Origin: Eledone cirrhosa | Lineage: Eukaryota | Assembly: GCA_964016885.1 (NCBI GenBank) | Contig: OZ024743.1 | Coordinates: 298,840,001 to 298,904,000, forward strand | DNA length: 64,000 bases | Reading direction: 5' to 3' | Translations under genes and position numbers: made by a program | The notes under the pieces: generated by a model | What the model saw: the letters and a program-made list of their open reading frames with translations, nothing else | Database searches by the model: none | Told to the model about the DNA's origin: nothing | Shown: positions 15,300 to 29,820 of the stretch, one piece after another | How the letters are laid out: every line of letters begins with the position of its first letter | Numbering within the stretch: position 1 is the first letter of the stretch

Positions 15300-17900
15300 A
15301 CAATAGTAGCAATAGTAATAACCACCACAACACCTTCAACAACAACATACCACAACACTAACATCCTCTATAACAACTAAAGACAATAGCAGCAATAGTA
15401 ATAACCACAAAAACACCTTCAACAGCAACATACCACAACAGTAACATCCTCTATAACAACTAAAGACAATACCAGCAATAGTAATAAGCACAACAACACC
15501 TTCAACAGCAAAATACCACAACACAAACATCCTCTATAACAACTAAAGACAATAGCAGCAATAGTAATAACCACAACAACACCTTCAACAGCAACAGACC
15601 ACAACACTAACTTCCTCTACAACAACTAAAGACAATACCGGCAATAGTAATAACCACAACAACACCTTCAATAGCAACATACCACACCACTAACATCCTC
15701 TATAACAACTAAAGACAATAGCAGCAATAGTAATAACCACAACAACACCTTCAACAGCAACATACCAAACCACTAACATCCTCTATAACAACTAAAGACA
15801 ATAGTAGCAATAGTAATAACCACAACAACACCTTCAACAGCAACATACCAAACCACTAACATCCTCTATAACAACTAAAGACAATAGTAGCAATAGTAAT
15901 AACCACAACAACACCTCCAAATGCAACAGACCACAACACTAACATCCTCTATGACAGCTAAAGACAATAGCAGCAATAGTAATAACGACAACAACACCTT
16001 CAACAGCAACATACCACAACACTAACATCCTCTATAACAACTAAAGATAATAGCAGCCATAGTAATAACCACAACAACACCTTCAACAGCAACAGACCAC
16101 ACCACTAACAGCCTCTATAACAACTAAAGACAATAGCAGCAATTGTAATAACCACAACAACACCTTCAACAGCAACAGACCATAACACTAACATCCTCAA
16201 CAACAACTAAAGACAATACCAGCAATAGTAATAACCACAACAACACCTTCAACAGCAACATACGACACCACTAACATCCTCTACAACAACTAAAGACAAT
16301 ACCAGCTATAGTAATAACCACGACAACACCTTCAACAGCAACAGACCATAACACTAACATCCTCTACAACAACTAAAGACAATACCAGCAATAGTAATAA
16401 CTACAACAACACCTTCAACAGCAACAGACCACAACACTAACATCCTCTATCACAACTAAATACAATAGCAGCTATAGTAATAACCACAACACCTTCAACA
16501 GCAACATACCACAACACTAACATCCTCTATAACAACTAAAGACAATATCGGCAATAGTAATAATCACAACACCTTCAACAGCAACATACCACAACACTAA
16601 CATCCTCTACAACATCTAAAGACAATACCAGCAATAGTAATAACCACAACAACACCTTCAAAAGCAACATACCACAACACTAATATCCTCTATATCAACT
16701 AAAGACAATACCAGCAATAGTAATAACCACAACAACACCTTCAACAGCAACATACCACAACACTAACATGCTCTATAACAACTAAAGACAATAGCAGCAA
16801 TAGTAATAACCACAATAACACCTTCAACAGCAACATACCACACCACTAACATCCTCTATAACAACTAAAGACAATACCAGCAATAGTAATAACCACAACA
16901 ACACCATCAACAGCAACATACCACACCACTAACACCCTCTATAACAACTAAAGACAATACAAGCAATAGTAATAACCACAACAACACCTTCTACAGCAAC
17001 ATACCACACCACTAACATCCTCTATATCAACTAAAGACAATAGCAGCAATAGTAATAACCACAACAACACCTTCAACAGCAACATACCACACCACTAACA
17101 TCCTCTATAACAACTAAAGACAATACCAGCAATAGTAATAACCACAACAACACCTTCAACAGCAAAATACCACACCACTAACATCCTCTATAACAACTAA
17201 AGACAATAGCAGCAATAGTAATAACCACAACAACACCTTCAACAGCAGCATACCACACCACTAACATCCTCTATAACAACAAAAGACAATAGCAGCAATA
17301 GTAATAACCACAACAACACCTTAAACAACAACATACCACAACACTAACATCCTCTATAACAACTAAAGACAATAGCAGCAATAGTAATAACCACAACAAC
17401 ACCTTCAACAGCTACATACCACAACACTAACATCCTCTATAACAAATAAAGACAATAGCAGCAATAGTAATAACCACAACAACACCTTCAACAGCAACAT
17501 ACCAAAACACTAACATCCTCTACAACAACTAAAGACAATACCGGCAATAGTAATAACGACAACAACACCTTCAATAGCAACATACCACACCACTAACATC
17601 CTCTATAACAACTAAAGACAATAGCAGCAATAGTAATAACCACAACAACACCTTCAACAGCAACATACCACACCACTAACATCCTCTATAACAACTAAAG
17701 ACAATAGTAGCAATAGTAATAACCACAACAACACCTTCAAATGCAACAGACCACAACACAAACATCCTCTATAAAAACTAAAGACAATAGCAGCAATAGT
17801 AATAACCACATAAACACCTTCAACAGCAACATACCACACCACTAACATCCTCTATAACAACTAAAGACAATAGCAGCTATAGTAATAACCACAACAACAC
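15300..17900. repeat. Sister copy of block 7350-11690 that lacks the 1820-bp internal duplication
   Basis: The offset is 7953 at the start (ORFs 7383/15336). It becomes 8036 after a duplicated ACCAAACC monomer (8922/16958), and is 6216 relative to the second 1820-bp copy (10742/16958, 11438/17654). 8036 - 1820 = 6216. Confidence 0.8.
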
Positions 17901-20900
17901 CTTCAACAGCAACATACCACAACACTAACATCCTCTATAACAACTAAAGACAATAGCAGCAATAGTAATAACCACAAAAACACCTTCAACAGCAACATAC
18001 CACACCACTAACATCCTCTATAACAACTAAAGACAATACCAGCAATAGTAATAACCACAACAACACATTCAACAGCAACATAGCACACCACTGACGTCCT
18101 CTATAACAACTAAAGACAATAGCAGCAATAGTAATAACCACAACAACACCTTCAACAGCAACATACCACAACAATAACATCCTCTATAACAACCAAAGAC
18201 AATAGCAGCAATAGCAATAACCACAACAACACCTTCAACAGCAACAGACCACAACACTAACATCCTCTATAACAATTAAAGTCAATAGCAGCAATAGTAA
18301 TAACCACAACAACACCTTCAACAGCAACATACCACAACACTAACATCCTCTATAACAACTAAAGACAATAGCAGCAATAGTCATAACCACAACAACACCT
18401 TCAACAGCAACAGACCACAACACTAACATCCTCTATGACAGCTAAAGACAATAGCAGCAATAGTAATAACCACAACAACACCTTCAACAGCAACATACCA
18501 CAACACTAACATCCTCTATAACAACTAAAGATAATAGCAGCCATAGTAATAACCACAACAACACCTTCAGCAGCAACAGACCACACCACTAACATCCTCT
18601 ATAACAACTAAAGACAATACCAGCAATAGTAATAACCACCACAACACCTTCAACAACAACATACCACAACACTAACATCCTCTATAACAACTAAAGACAA
18701 TAGCAGCAATAGTAATAACCACAAAAACACCTTCAACAGTAACATACCACAACACTAACATCCTCTATAACAACTAAAGACAATACCAGCAATAGTAATA
18801 AGCACAACAACACCTTCAACAGCAAAATACCACAACACAAACATCCTCTATAACAACTAAAGACAATAGCAGCAATAGTAATAACCACAACAACACCTTC
18901 AACAGCAACAGACCACAACACTAACATCCTCTACAACAACTAAAGACAATACCGGCAATAGTAATAACCACAACAACACCTTCAATAGCAACATACCACA
19001 CCACTAACATCCTCTATAACAACTAAAGACAATAGCAGCAATAGTAATAACCACAACAACACCTTCAACAGCAACATACCACACCACTAACATCCTCTAT
19101 AACAACTAAAGACAATAGTAGCAATAGTAATAACCACAACAACACCTCCAAATGCAACAGACCACAACACTAACATCCTCTGTGACAGCTAAAGACAATA
19201 GCAGCAATAGTAATAAGGACAACGACACCTTCAACAGCAACATACCACAACACTAACATCCTCTATAACAACTAAAGATAATAGCAGCCATAGTAATAAC
19301 CACAACAACACCTTCAACAGCAACAGACCACACCACTAACAGCCTCTATAACAACTAAAGACAATAGCAGCAATTGTAATAACCACAACAACACCTTCAA
19401 CAGCAACAGACCATAACACTAACATCCTCAACAACAACTAAAGACAATACCAGCAATAGTAATAACCACAACAACACCTTCAACAGCAACATACGACACC
19501 ACTAACATCCTCTACAACAACTAAAGACAATACCGGCAATAGTAATAACTACAACAACACCTTCCAAAGCAACATACCACACCACTAACATCCTCTATAA
19601 CAACTAAAGACAATAGCAGCAATAGTAATAACCACAACAACACCTTCAACAGCAACATACCACAACACTAACATCCTCTATAACAACTAAAGACAATAGC
19701 AGCAATAGTAATAACCAAAACAACACCTTCAACAGCAACATACCACAACACTAACATCCTCTATAACAACTAAATACAATAGCAGCTATAGTAATAACCA
19801 CAACAACACCTTCAACAGCAACATACCACAACACTAACATCCTCTATAACAACTAAAGACAATATCGGCAGTAGTAATAATCACAACACCTTCAAAAGCA
19901 ACATACCACAACACTAACATCCTCTACAACATCTAAAGACAATACCAGCCATAGTAATAACCACAACAACACCTTCAACAGCAACATACCACAACACTAA
20001 TATCCTCTATATCAACTAAAGACAATACCAGCAATAGTAATAACCACAACAACACCTTCAACAGCAACATACCACAACACTAACATCCTCTATAACAACT
20101 AAAGACAATAGCAGCAATAGTAATAACCACAATAACACCTTCAACAGCAACATACCACACCACTAACATCCTCTATAACAACTAAAGACAATACCAGCAA
20201 TAGTAATAACCACAACAACACCATCAACAGCAACATACCACACCACTAACAACCTCTATAACAACTAAAGACAATACAAGCAATAGTAATAACAACAACA
20301 ACACCTTCTACAGCAACATACCACACCACTAACATCCTCTATATCAACTAAAGACAATAGCAGCAATAGTAATAACCACAACAACACCTTCAACAGCAAC
20401 ATACCACACCACTAACATCCTCTATAACAACTAAAGACAATACCAGCAATAGTAATAACCACAACAACACCTTCAACAGCAAGATACCACACCACTAACA
20501 TCCTCTATAACAACTAAAGACAATAGCAGCAATAGTAATAACCACAACAACACCTTCAACAACAACATACCACAACACTAACATCCTCTATAACAACTAA
20601 AGACAATAGCAGCAATAGTAATAACCACAACAACACCTTCAACAGCAACATACCACAACACTAACATCCTCTATAACAAATAAAGACAATAGCAGCAATA
20701 GTAATAACCACAACAACACCTTCAACAGCAACATACCACAACACTAACATCCTCTACAACAACTAAAGACAATACCGGCAATAGTAATAACCACAACACC
20801 TTCAATAGCAACATACCACACCACTAACATCCTCTATAACAACTAAAGACAATAGCAGCAATAGTAATAACCACAACAACACCTTCAACAGCAACATACC

Positions 20901-23900
20901 ACACCACTAACATCCTCTATAACAACTAAAGACAATAGTAGCAATAGTAATAACCACAACAACACCTTCAAATGCAACAGACCACAACACTAACATCCTC
21001 TATAAAAACTAAAGACAATAGCAGCAATAGTAATAACCACATAAACACCTTCAACAGCAACATACCACACCACTAACATCCTCTATAACAACTAGAGTCA
21101 ATAGCAGCTATAGTAATAACCACAACAACACCTTCAACTGCAACATACCACAACACTAACATCCTCTATAACAACTAAAGACAATAGCAGCAATAGTAAT
21201 AACCACAAAAACACCTTCAACAGCAACAGACCACACCACTAACATCCTCTATAACAACTAAAGACAATACCAGCAATAGTAATAACCACAACAACACATT
21301 CAACAGCAACATACCACACCACTGACATCCTCTATAACAACTAAAGACAATAGCAGCAATAGTAATAACCACAACAACACCTTCAACAGCAACATACCAC
21401 AACACTAACATCCTCTACAACAACTAAAGACAATACCGGCAATAGTAATAACCACAACAACACCTTCAATAGCAACATACCACACCACTAACATCCTCTA
21501 TAACAACTAAAGACAATAGCAGCAATAGTAATAACCACAACAACACCTTCAACAGCAACATACCACACCACTAACATCCTCTATAACAACTAAAGACAAT
21601 AGTAGCAATAGTAATAACCACAACAACACCTTCAAATGCAACAGACCACAACACAAACATCCTCTATAAAAACTAAAGACAATAGCAGCAATAGTAATAA
21701 CCACCACAACACCTTCAACAACAACATACCACAACACTAACATCCTCTATAACAACTAAAGACAATAGCAGCAATAGTAATAACCACAAAAACACCTTCA
21801 ACAGCAACATACCACAACACTAACATCCTCTATAACAACTAAAGACAATACCAGCAATAGTAATAAGCACAACAACACCTTCAACAGCAAAATACCACAA
21901 CACAAACATCCTCTATAACAACTAAAGACAATAGCAGCAATAGTAATAACCACAACAACACCTTCAACAGCAACAGACCACAACACTAACATCCTCTACA
22001 ACAACTAAAGACAATACCGGCAATAGTAATAACCACAACAACACCTTCAATAGCAACATACCACACCACTAACATCCTCTATAACAACTAAAGACAATAG
22101 CAGCAATAGTAATAACCACAACAACACCTTCAACAGCAACATACCAAACCACTAACATCCTCTATAACAACTAAAGACAATAGTAGCAATAGTAATAACC
22201 ACAACAACACCTCCAAATGCAACAGACCACAACACTAACATCCTCTATGACAGCTAAAGACAATAGCAGCAATAGTAATAACGACAACAACACCTTCAAC
22301 AGCAACATACCACAACACTAACATCCTCTATAACAACTAAAGATAATAGCAGCCATAGTAATAACCAAAACAACACCTTCAACAGCAACAGACCACACCA
22401 CTAACAGCCTCTATAACAACTAAAGACAATAGCAGCAATTGTAATAACCACAACAACACCTTCAACAGCAACAGACCATAACACTAACATCCTCAACAAC
22501 AACTAAAGACAATACCAGCAATAGTAATAACCACAACAACACCTTCAACAGCAACATACGACACCACTAACATCCTCTACAACAACTAAAGACAATACCA
22601 GCTATAGTAATAACCACGACAACACCTTCAACAGCAACAGACCATAACACTAACATCCTCTACAACAACTAAAGAATAATACCAGCAATAGTAATAACCA
22701 CAAAAACACCTTCAAAAGCAACATACCACAACACTAATATCCTCTATATCAACTAAAGACAATACCAGCAATAGTAATAACCACAACAACACCTTCAACA
22801 GCAACATACCACAACACTAACATGCTCTATAACAACTAAAGACAATAGCAGCAATAGTAATAACCACAATAACACCTTCAACAGCAACATACCACACCAC
22901 TAACATCCTCTATAACAACTAAAGACAATACCAGCAATAGTAATAACCACAACAACACCATCAACAGCAACATACCACACCACTAACACCCTCTATAACA
23001 ACTAAAGACAATACAAGCAATAGTAATAACCACAACAACACCTTCTACAGCAACATACCACACCACTAACATCCTCTATATCAACTGAAGACAATACCAG
23101 CAATAGTAATAACCACAACAACACATTCAACAGCAACATAGCACACCACTGACGTCCTCTATAACAACTAAAGACAATAGCAGCAATAGTAATAACCACA
23201 ACAACACCTTCAACAGCAACATACCACAACAATAACATCCTCTATAACAACCAAAGACAATAGCAGCAATAGCAATAACCACAACAACACCTTCAACAGC
23301 AACAGACCACAACACTAACATCCTCTATAACAATTAAAGTCAATAGCAGCAATAGTCATAACCACAACAACACCTTCAACAGCAACAGACCACAACACTA
23401 ACATCCTCTATGACAGCTAAAGACAATAGCAGCAATAGGAATAACCACAACAACACCTTCAACAGCAACATACCACAACACTAACATCCTCTATAACAAC
23501 TAAAGATAATAGCACCCATAGTAATAACCACAACAACACCTTCAGCAGCAACAGACCACACCACTAACATCCTCTATAACAACTAAAGACAATACCAGCA
23601 ATAGTAATAACCACCACAACACCTTCAACAACAACATACCACAACACTAACATCCTCTATAACAACTAAAGACAATAGCAGCAATAGTAATAACCACAAA
23701 AACACCTTCAACAGCAACATACCACAACACTAACATCCTCTATAACAACTAAAGACAATACCAGCAATAGTAATAAGCACAACAACACCTTCAACAGCAA
23801 AATACCACAACACTAACATCCTCTATAACAACTAAAGACAATAGCAGCAATAGTAATAACCACAAAAACACCTTCAACAGCAACATACCACACCACTAAC

Positions 23901-25199
23901 ATCCTCTATAACAACTAAAGACAATACCAGCAATAGTAATAACCACCACAACACCTTCAACAACAACATACCACAACACTAACATCCTCTATAACAACTA
24001 AAGACAATAGCAGCAATAGTAATAAGCACAACAACACCTTCAACAACAACATACCACAACACTAACATCCTCTATAACAACTAAAGACAATAGCAGCAAT
24101 AGTAATAACCACAACAACACCTTCAACAGCAACAGACCACAACACTAACATCCTCTACAACAACTAAAGACAATACCGGCAATAGTAATAACCACAACAA
24201 CACCTTCAATAGCAACATACCACACCACTAACATCCTCTATAACAACTAAAGACAATAGCAGCAATAGTAATAACCACAACAACACCTTCAACAGCAACA
24301 TACCAAACCACTAACATCCTCTATAACAACTAAAGACAATAGTAGCAATAGTAATAACCACAACAACACCTCCAAATGCAACAGACCACAACACTAACAT
24401 CCTCTATGACAGCTAAAGACAATAGCAGCAATAGTAATAACGACAACAACACCTTCAACAGCAACATACCACAACACTAACATCCTCTATAACAACTAAA
24501 GATAATAGCAGCCATAGTAATAACCACAACAACACCTTCAACAGCAACAGACCACACCACTAACAGCCTCTATAACAACTAAAGACAATAGCAGCAATTG
24601 TAATAACCACAACAACACCTTCAACAGCAACAGACCATAACACTAACATCCTCAACAACAACTAAAGACAATACCAGCAATAGTAATAACCACAACAACA
24701 CCTTCAACAGCAACAGGCCACAACACTAACATCCTCTATAACAACTAAAGACAATAGCAGCAATAGTAATAACCACAACAACACCTTAAAGAGCAACAGA
24801 CCACACCACTAACATCCTCTATAACAACTAAAGACAATACCAGCAATAGTAATAACCACAAAAACACCTTCAACAGCAACATACCACACCACTAACATCC
24901 TCTATATCAACTAAAGACAATAGCAGCAATAGTAATAACCACAACAACACCTTCAACAGCAACATACCACACCACTAACATCCTCTATAACAACTAAAGA
25001 CAATACCAGCAATAGTAATAACCACAACAACACCTTCAACAGCAAAATAACACACCACTAACATCCTCTATAACAACTAAAGACAATAGCAGCAATAGTA
25101 ATAACCACAACAACACCTTCAACAGCAGCATACCACACCACTAACATCCTCTATAACAACTAAAGACAATAGCAGCAATAGTAATAACCACAACAACAC

Positions 25200-28100
25200 C
25201 TTCAACAGCAACATACCACAACACTAACATCCTCTACAACAACTAAAGACAATACCGGCAATAGTAATAACCACAACAACACCTTCAATAGCAACATACC
25301 ACACCACTAACATCCTCTATAACAACTAAAGACAATAGCAGCAATAGTAATAACCACAACAACACCTTCAACAGCAACATACCACAACACTAACATCCTC
25401 TATAACAAATAAAGACAATAGCAGCAATAGTAATAACCACAACAACACCTTCAACAGCAACATACCACAACACTAACATCCTCTACAACAACTAAAGACA
25501 ATATCGGCAATAGTAATAATCACAACACCTTCAAAAGCAACATACCACAACACTAACATCCTCTACAACATCTAAAGACAATACCAGCCATAGTAATAAC
25601 CACAACAACACCTTCAACAGCAACATACCACAACACTAATATCCTCTATATCAACTAAAGACAATACCAGCAATAGTAATAACCACAACAACACCTTCAA
25701 CAGCAACATACCACAACACTAACATCCTCTATAACAACTAAAGACAATAGCAGCAATAGTAATAACCACAATAACACCTTCAACAGCAACATACCACACC
25801 ACTAACATCCTCTATAACAACTAAAGACAATACCATCAAGAGTAATAACCACAACAACACCATCAACAGCAACATACCACACCACTAACACCCTCTATAA
25901 CAACTAAAGACAATACAAGCAATAGTAATAACAACAACAACACCTTCTACAGCAACATACCACACCACTAACATCCTCTATATCAACTAAAGACAATAGC
26001 AGCAATAGTAATAACCACAACAACACCTTCAACAGCAACATACCACACCACTAACATCCTCTATAACAACTAAAGACAATACCAGCAATAGTAATAACCA
26101 CAACAACACCTTCAACAGCAAAATACCACACCACTAACATCCTCTATAACAACTAAAGACAATAGCAGCAAAAGTAATAACCACAACAACACCTTCAACA
26201 GCAGCATACCACACCACTAACATCCTCTATAACAACTAAAGACAATAGCAGCAATAGTAATAACCACAACAACACCTTCAACAACAACATACCACAACAC
26301 TAACATCCTCTATAACAACTAAAGACAATAGCAGCAATAGTAATAACCACAACAACACCTTCAACAGCAACATACCACACCACTAACATCCTCTATAACA
26401 ACTAAAGACAATAGTAGCAATAGTAATAACCACAACAACACCTTCAAATGCAACAGACCACAACACAAACATCCTCTATAAAAACTAAAGACAATAGCAG
26501 CAATAGTAATAACCACATAAACACCTTCAACAGCAACATACCACACCACTAACATCCTCTATAACAACTAAAGACAACAGCAGCTATAGTAATAACCACA
26601 ACAACACCTTCAACAGCAACATACCACAACACTAACATCCTCTATAACAACTAAAGACAATAGCAGCAATAGTAATAACCACAAAAACACCTTCAACAGC
26701 AACATACCACACCACTAACATCCTCTATAACAACTAAAGACAATACCAGCAATAGTAATAACCACAACAACAACACATTCAACAGCAACATAGCACACCA
26801 CAGACCTCCTCTATAACAACTAAAGACAATAGCAGCAATAGTAATAACCACAACAACACCTTCAACAGCAACATACCACAACAATAACATCCTCTATAAC
26901 AACCAAAGACAATAGCAGCAATAGCAATAACCACAACAACACCTTCAACAGCAACAGACCACAACACTAACATCCTCTATAACAATTAAAGTCAATAGCA
27001 GCAATAGTAATAACCACAACAACACCTTCAACAGCAACATACCACAACACTAACATCCTCTATAACAACTAAAGACAATAGCAGCAATAGTCATAACCAC
27101 AACAACACCTTCAACCGCAACAGACCACAACACTAACATCCTCTATGACAGCTAAAGACAATAGCAGCAATAGTAATAACCACAACAACACCTTCAACAG
27201 CAACATACCACAACACTAACATCCTCTATAACAACTAAAGATAATAGCAGCCATAGTAATAACCACAAAAACACCTTCAGCAGCAACAGACCACAACACT
27301 AACATCCTCTATAACAATTAAAGTCAATAGCAGCAATAGTAATAACCACAACAACACCTTCAACAGCAACATACCACAACACTAACATCCTCTATAACAA
27401 TTAAAGACAATAGCAGCAATAGTAATAACCACAAAACACCTTCAACAGCAACATACCACAACACTAACATCCTCTATAACAACTAAAGACAATACCAGCA
27501 ATAGTAATAAGCACAACAACACCTTCAACAGCAAAATACCACAACACAAACATCCTCTATAACAACTAAAGACAATAGCAGCAATAGTAATAACCACAAC
27601 AACACCTTCAACAGCAACAGACCACAACACTAACATCCTCTACAACAACTAAAGACAATACCGGCAATAGTAATAACCACAACAGCACCTTCAACAGCAA
27701 CATACCACAACACTAACATCCTGTATAACAACTAAAGACAATAGCAGCAATAGTAATAACCACAACAACACCTTCAATAGCAACATACCACACCACTAAC
27801 ATCCTCTATAACAACTAAAGACAATAGCAGCAATAGTAATAACCACAACAACACCTTCAACAGCAACATACCACACCACTAACATCCTCTATAACAACTA
27901 AAGACAATAGTAGCAATAGTAATAACCACAACAACACCTCCAAATGCAACAGACCACAACACTAACATCCTCTATGACAGCTAAAGACAATAGCAGCAAT
28001 AGTAATAACGACAACAACACCTTCAACAGCAACATACCACAACACTAACATCCTCTATAACAACTAAAGATAATAGCAGCCATAGTAATAACCACAACAA

Positions 28101-29820
28101 CACCTTCAACAGCAACAGACCACACCACTAACAGCCTCTATAACAACTAAAGACAATAGCAGCAATTGTAATAACCACAACAACACCTTCAACAGCAACA
28201 GACCATAACACTAACATCCTCAACAACAACTAAAGACAATACCAGCAATAGTAATAACCACAACAACACCTTCAACAGCAACATACGACACCACTAACAT
28301 CCTCTACAACAACTAAAGACAATACCAGCTATAGTAATAACCACGACAACACCTTCAACAGCAACAGACCATAACACTAACATCCTCTACAACAAATAAA
28401 GACAATACCAGCAATAGTAATAACTACAACAACACCTTCAAAAGCAACATACCACACCACTAACATCCTCTATAACAACTAAAGACAATAGCAGCAATAG
28501 TAATAACCACAACAACACCTTCAACAGCAACATACCACAACACTAACATCCTCTACAACAACTAAAGACAATACCGGCAATAGTAATAACCACAACAACA
28601 CCTTCAATAGCAACATACCACACCACTAACATCCTCTATAACAACTAAAGACAATAGCAGCAATAGTAATAACCACAACAACACCTTCAACAGCAACATA
28701 CCACAACACTAACATCCTCTATAACAAATAAAGACAATAGCAGCAATAGTAATAACCACAACAACACCTTCAACAGCAACATACCACAACACTAACATCC
28801 TCTACAACAACTAAAGACAATATCGGCAATAGTAATAATCACAACACCTTCAAAAGCAACATACCACAACACTAACATCCTCTACAACATCTAAAGACAA
28901 TACCAGCCATAGTAATAACCACAACAACACCTTCAACAGCAACATACCACAACACTAATATCCTCTATATCAACTAAAGACAATACCAGCAATAGTAATA
29001 ACCACAACAACACCTTCAACAGCAACATACCACAACACTAACATCCTCTATAACAACTAAAGACAATAGCAGCAATAGTAATAACCACAATAACACCTTC
29101 AACAGCAACATACCACACCACTAACATCCTCTATAACAACTAAAGACAATACCATCAAGAGTAATAACCACAACAACACCATCAACAGCAACATACCACA
29201 CCACTAACACCCTCTATAACAACTAAAGACAATACAAGCAATAGTAATAACAACAACAACACCTTCTACAGCAACATACCACACCACTAACATCCTCTAT
29301 ATCAACTAAAGACAATAGCAGCAATAGTAATAACCACAACAACACCTTCAACAGCAACATACCACACCACTAACATCCTCTATAACAACTAAAGACAATA
29401 CCAGCAATAGTAATAACCACAACAACACCTTCAACAGCAAAATACCACACCACTAACATCCTCTATAACAACTAAAGACAATAGCAGCAAAAGTAATAAC
29501 CACAACAACACCTTCAACAGCAGCATACCACACCACTAACATCCTCTATAACAACTAAAGACAATAGCAGCAATAGTAATAACCACAACAACACCTTCAA
29601 CAACAACATACCACAACACTAACATCCTCTATAACAACTAAAGACAATAGCAGCAATAGTAATAACCACAACAACACCTTCAACAGCAACATACCACACC
29701 ACTAACATCCTCTATAACAACTAAAGACAATAGTAGCAATAGTAATAACCACAACAACACCTTCAAATGCAACAGACCACAACACAAACATCCTCTATAA
29801 AAACTAAAGACAATAGCAGC
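25200..29820. repeat. Direct duplication: about 25200-26500 repeated at about 28520-29820 (offset 3319 bp, 40 monomers)
   Basis: The private variant ACCATCAAGAGTAA occurs at 25832 and 29151, and TACAAGC at 25914 and 29233. Confidence 0.8.
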
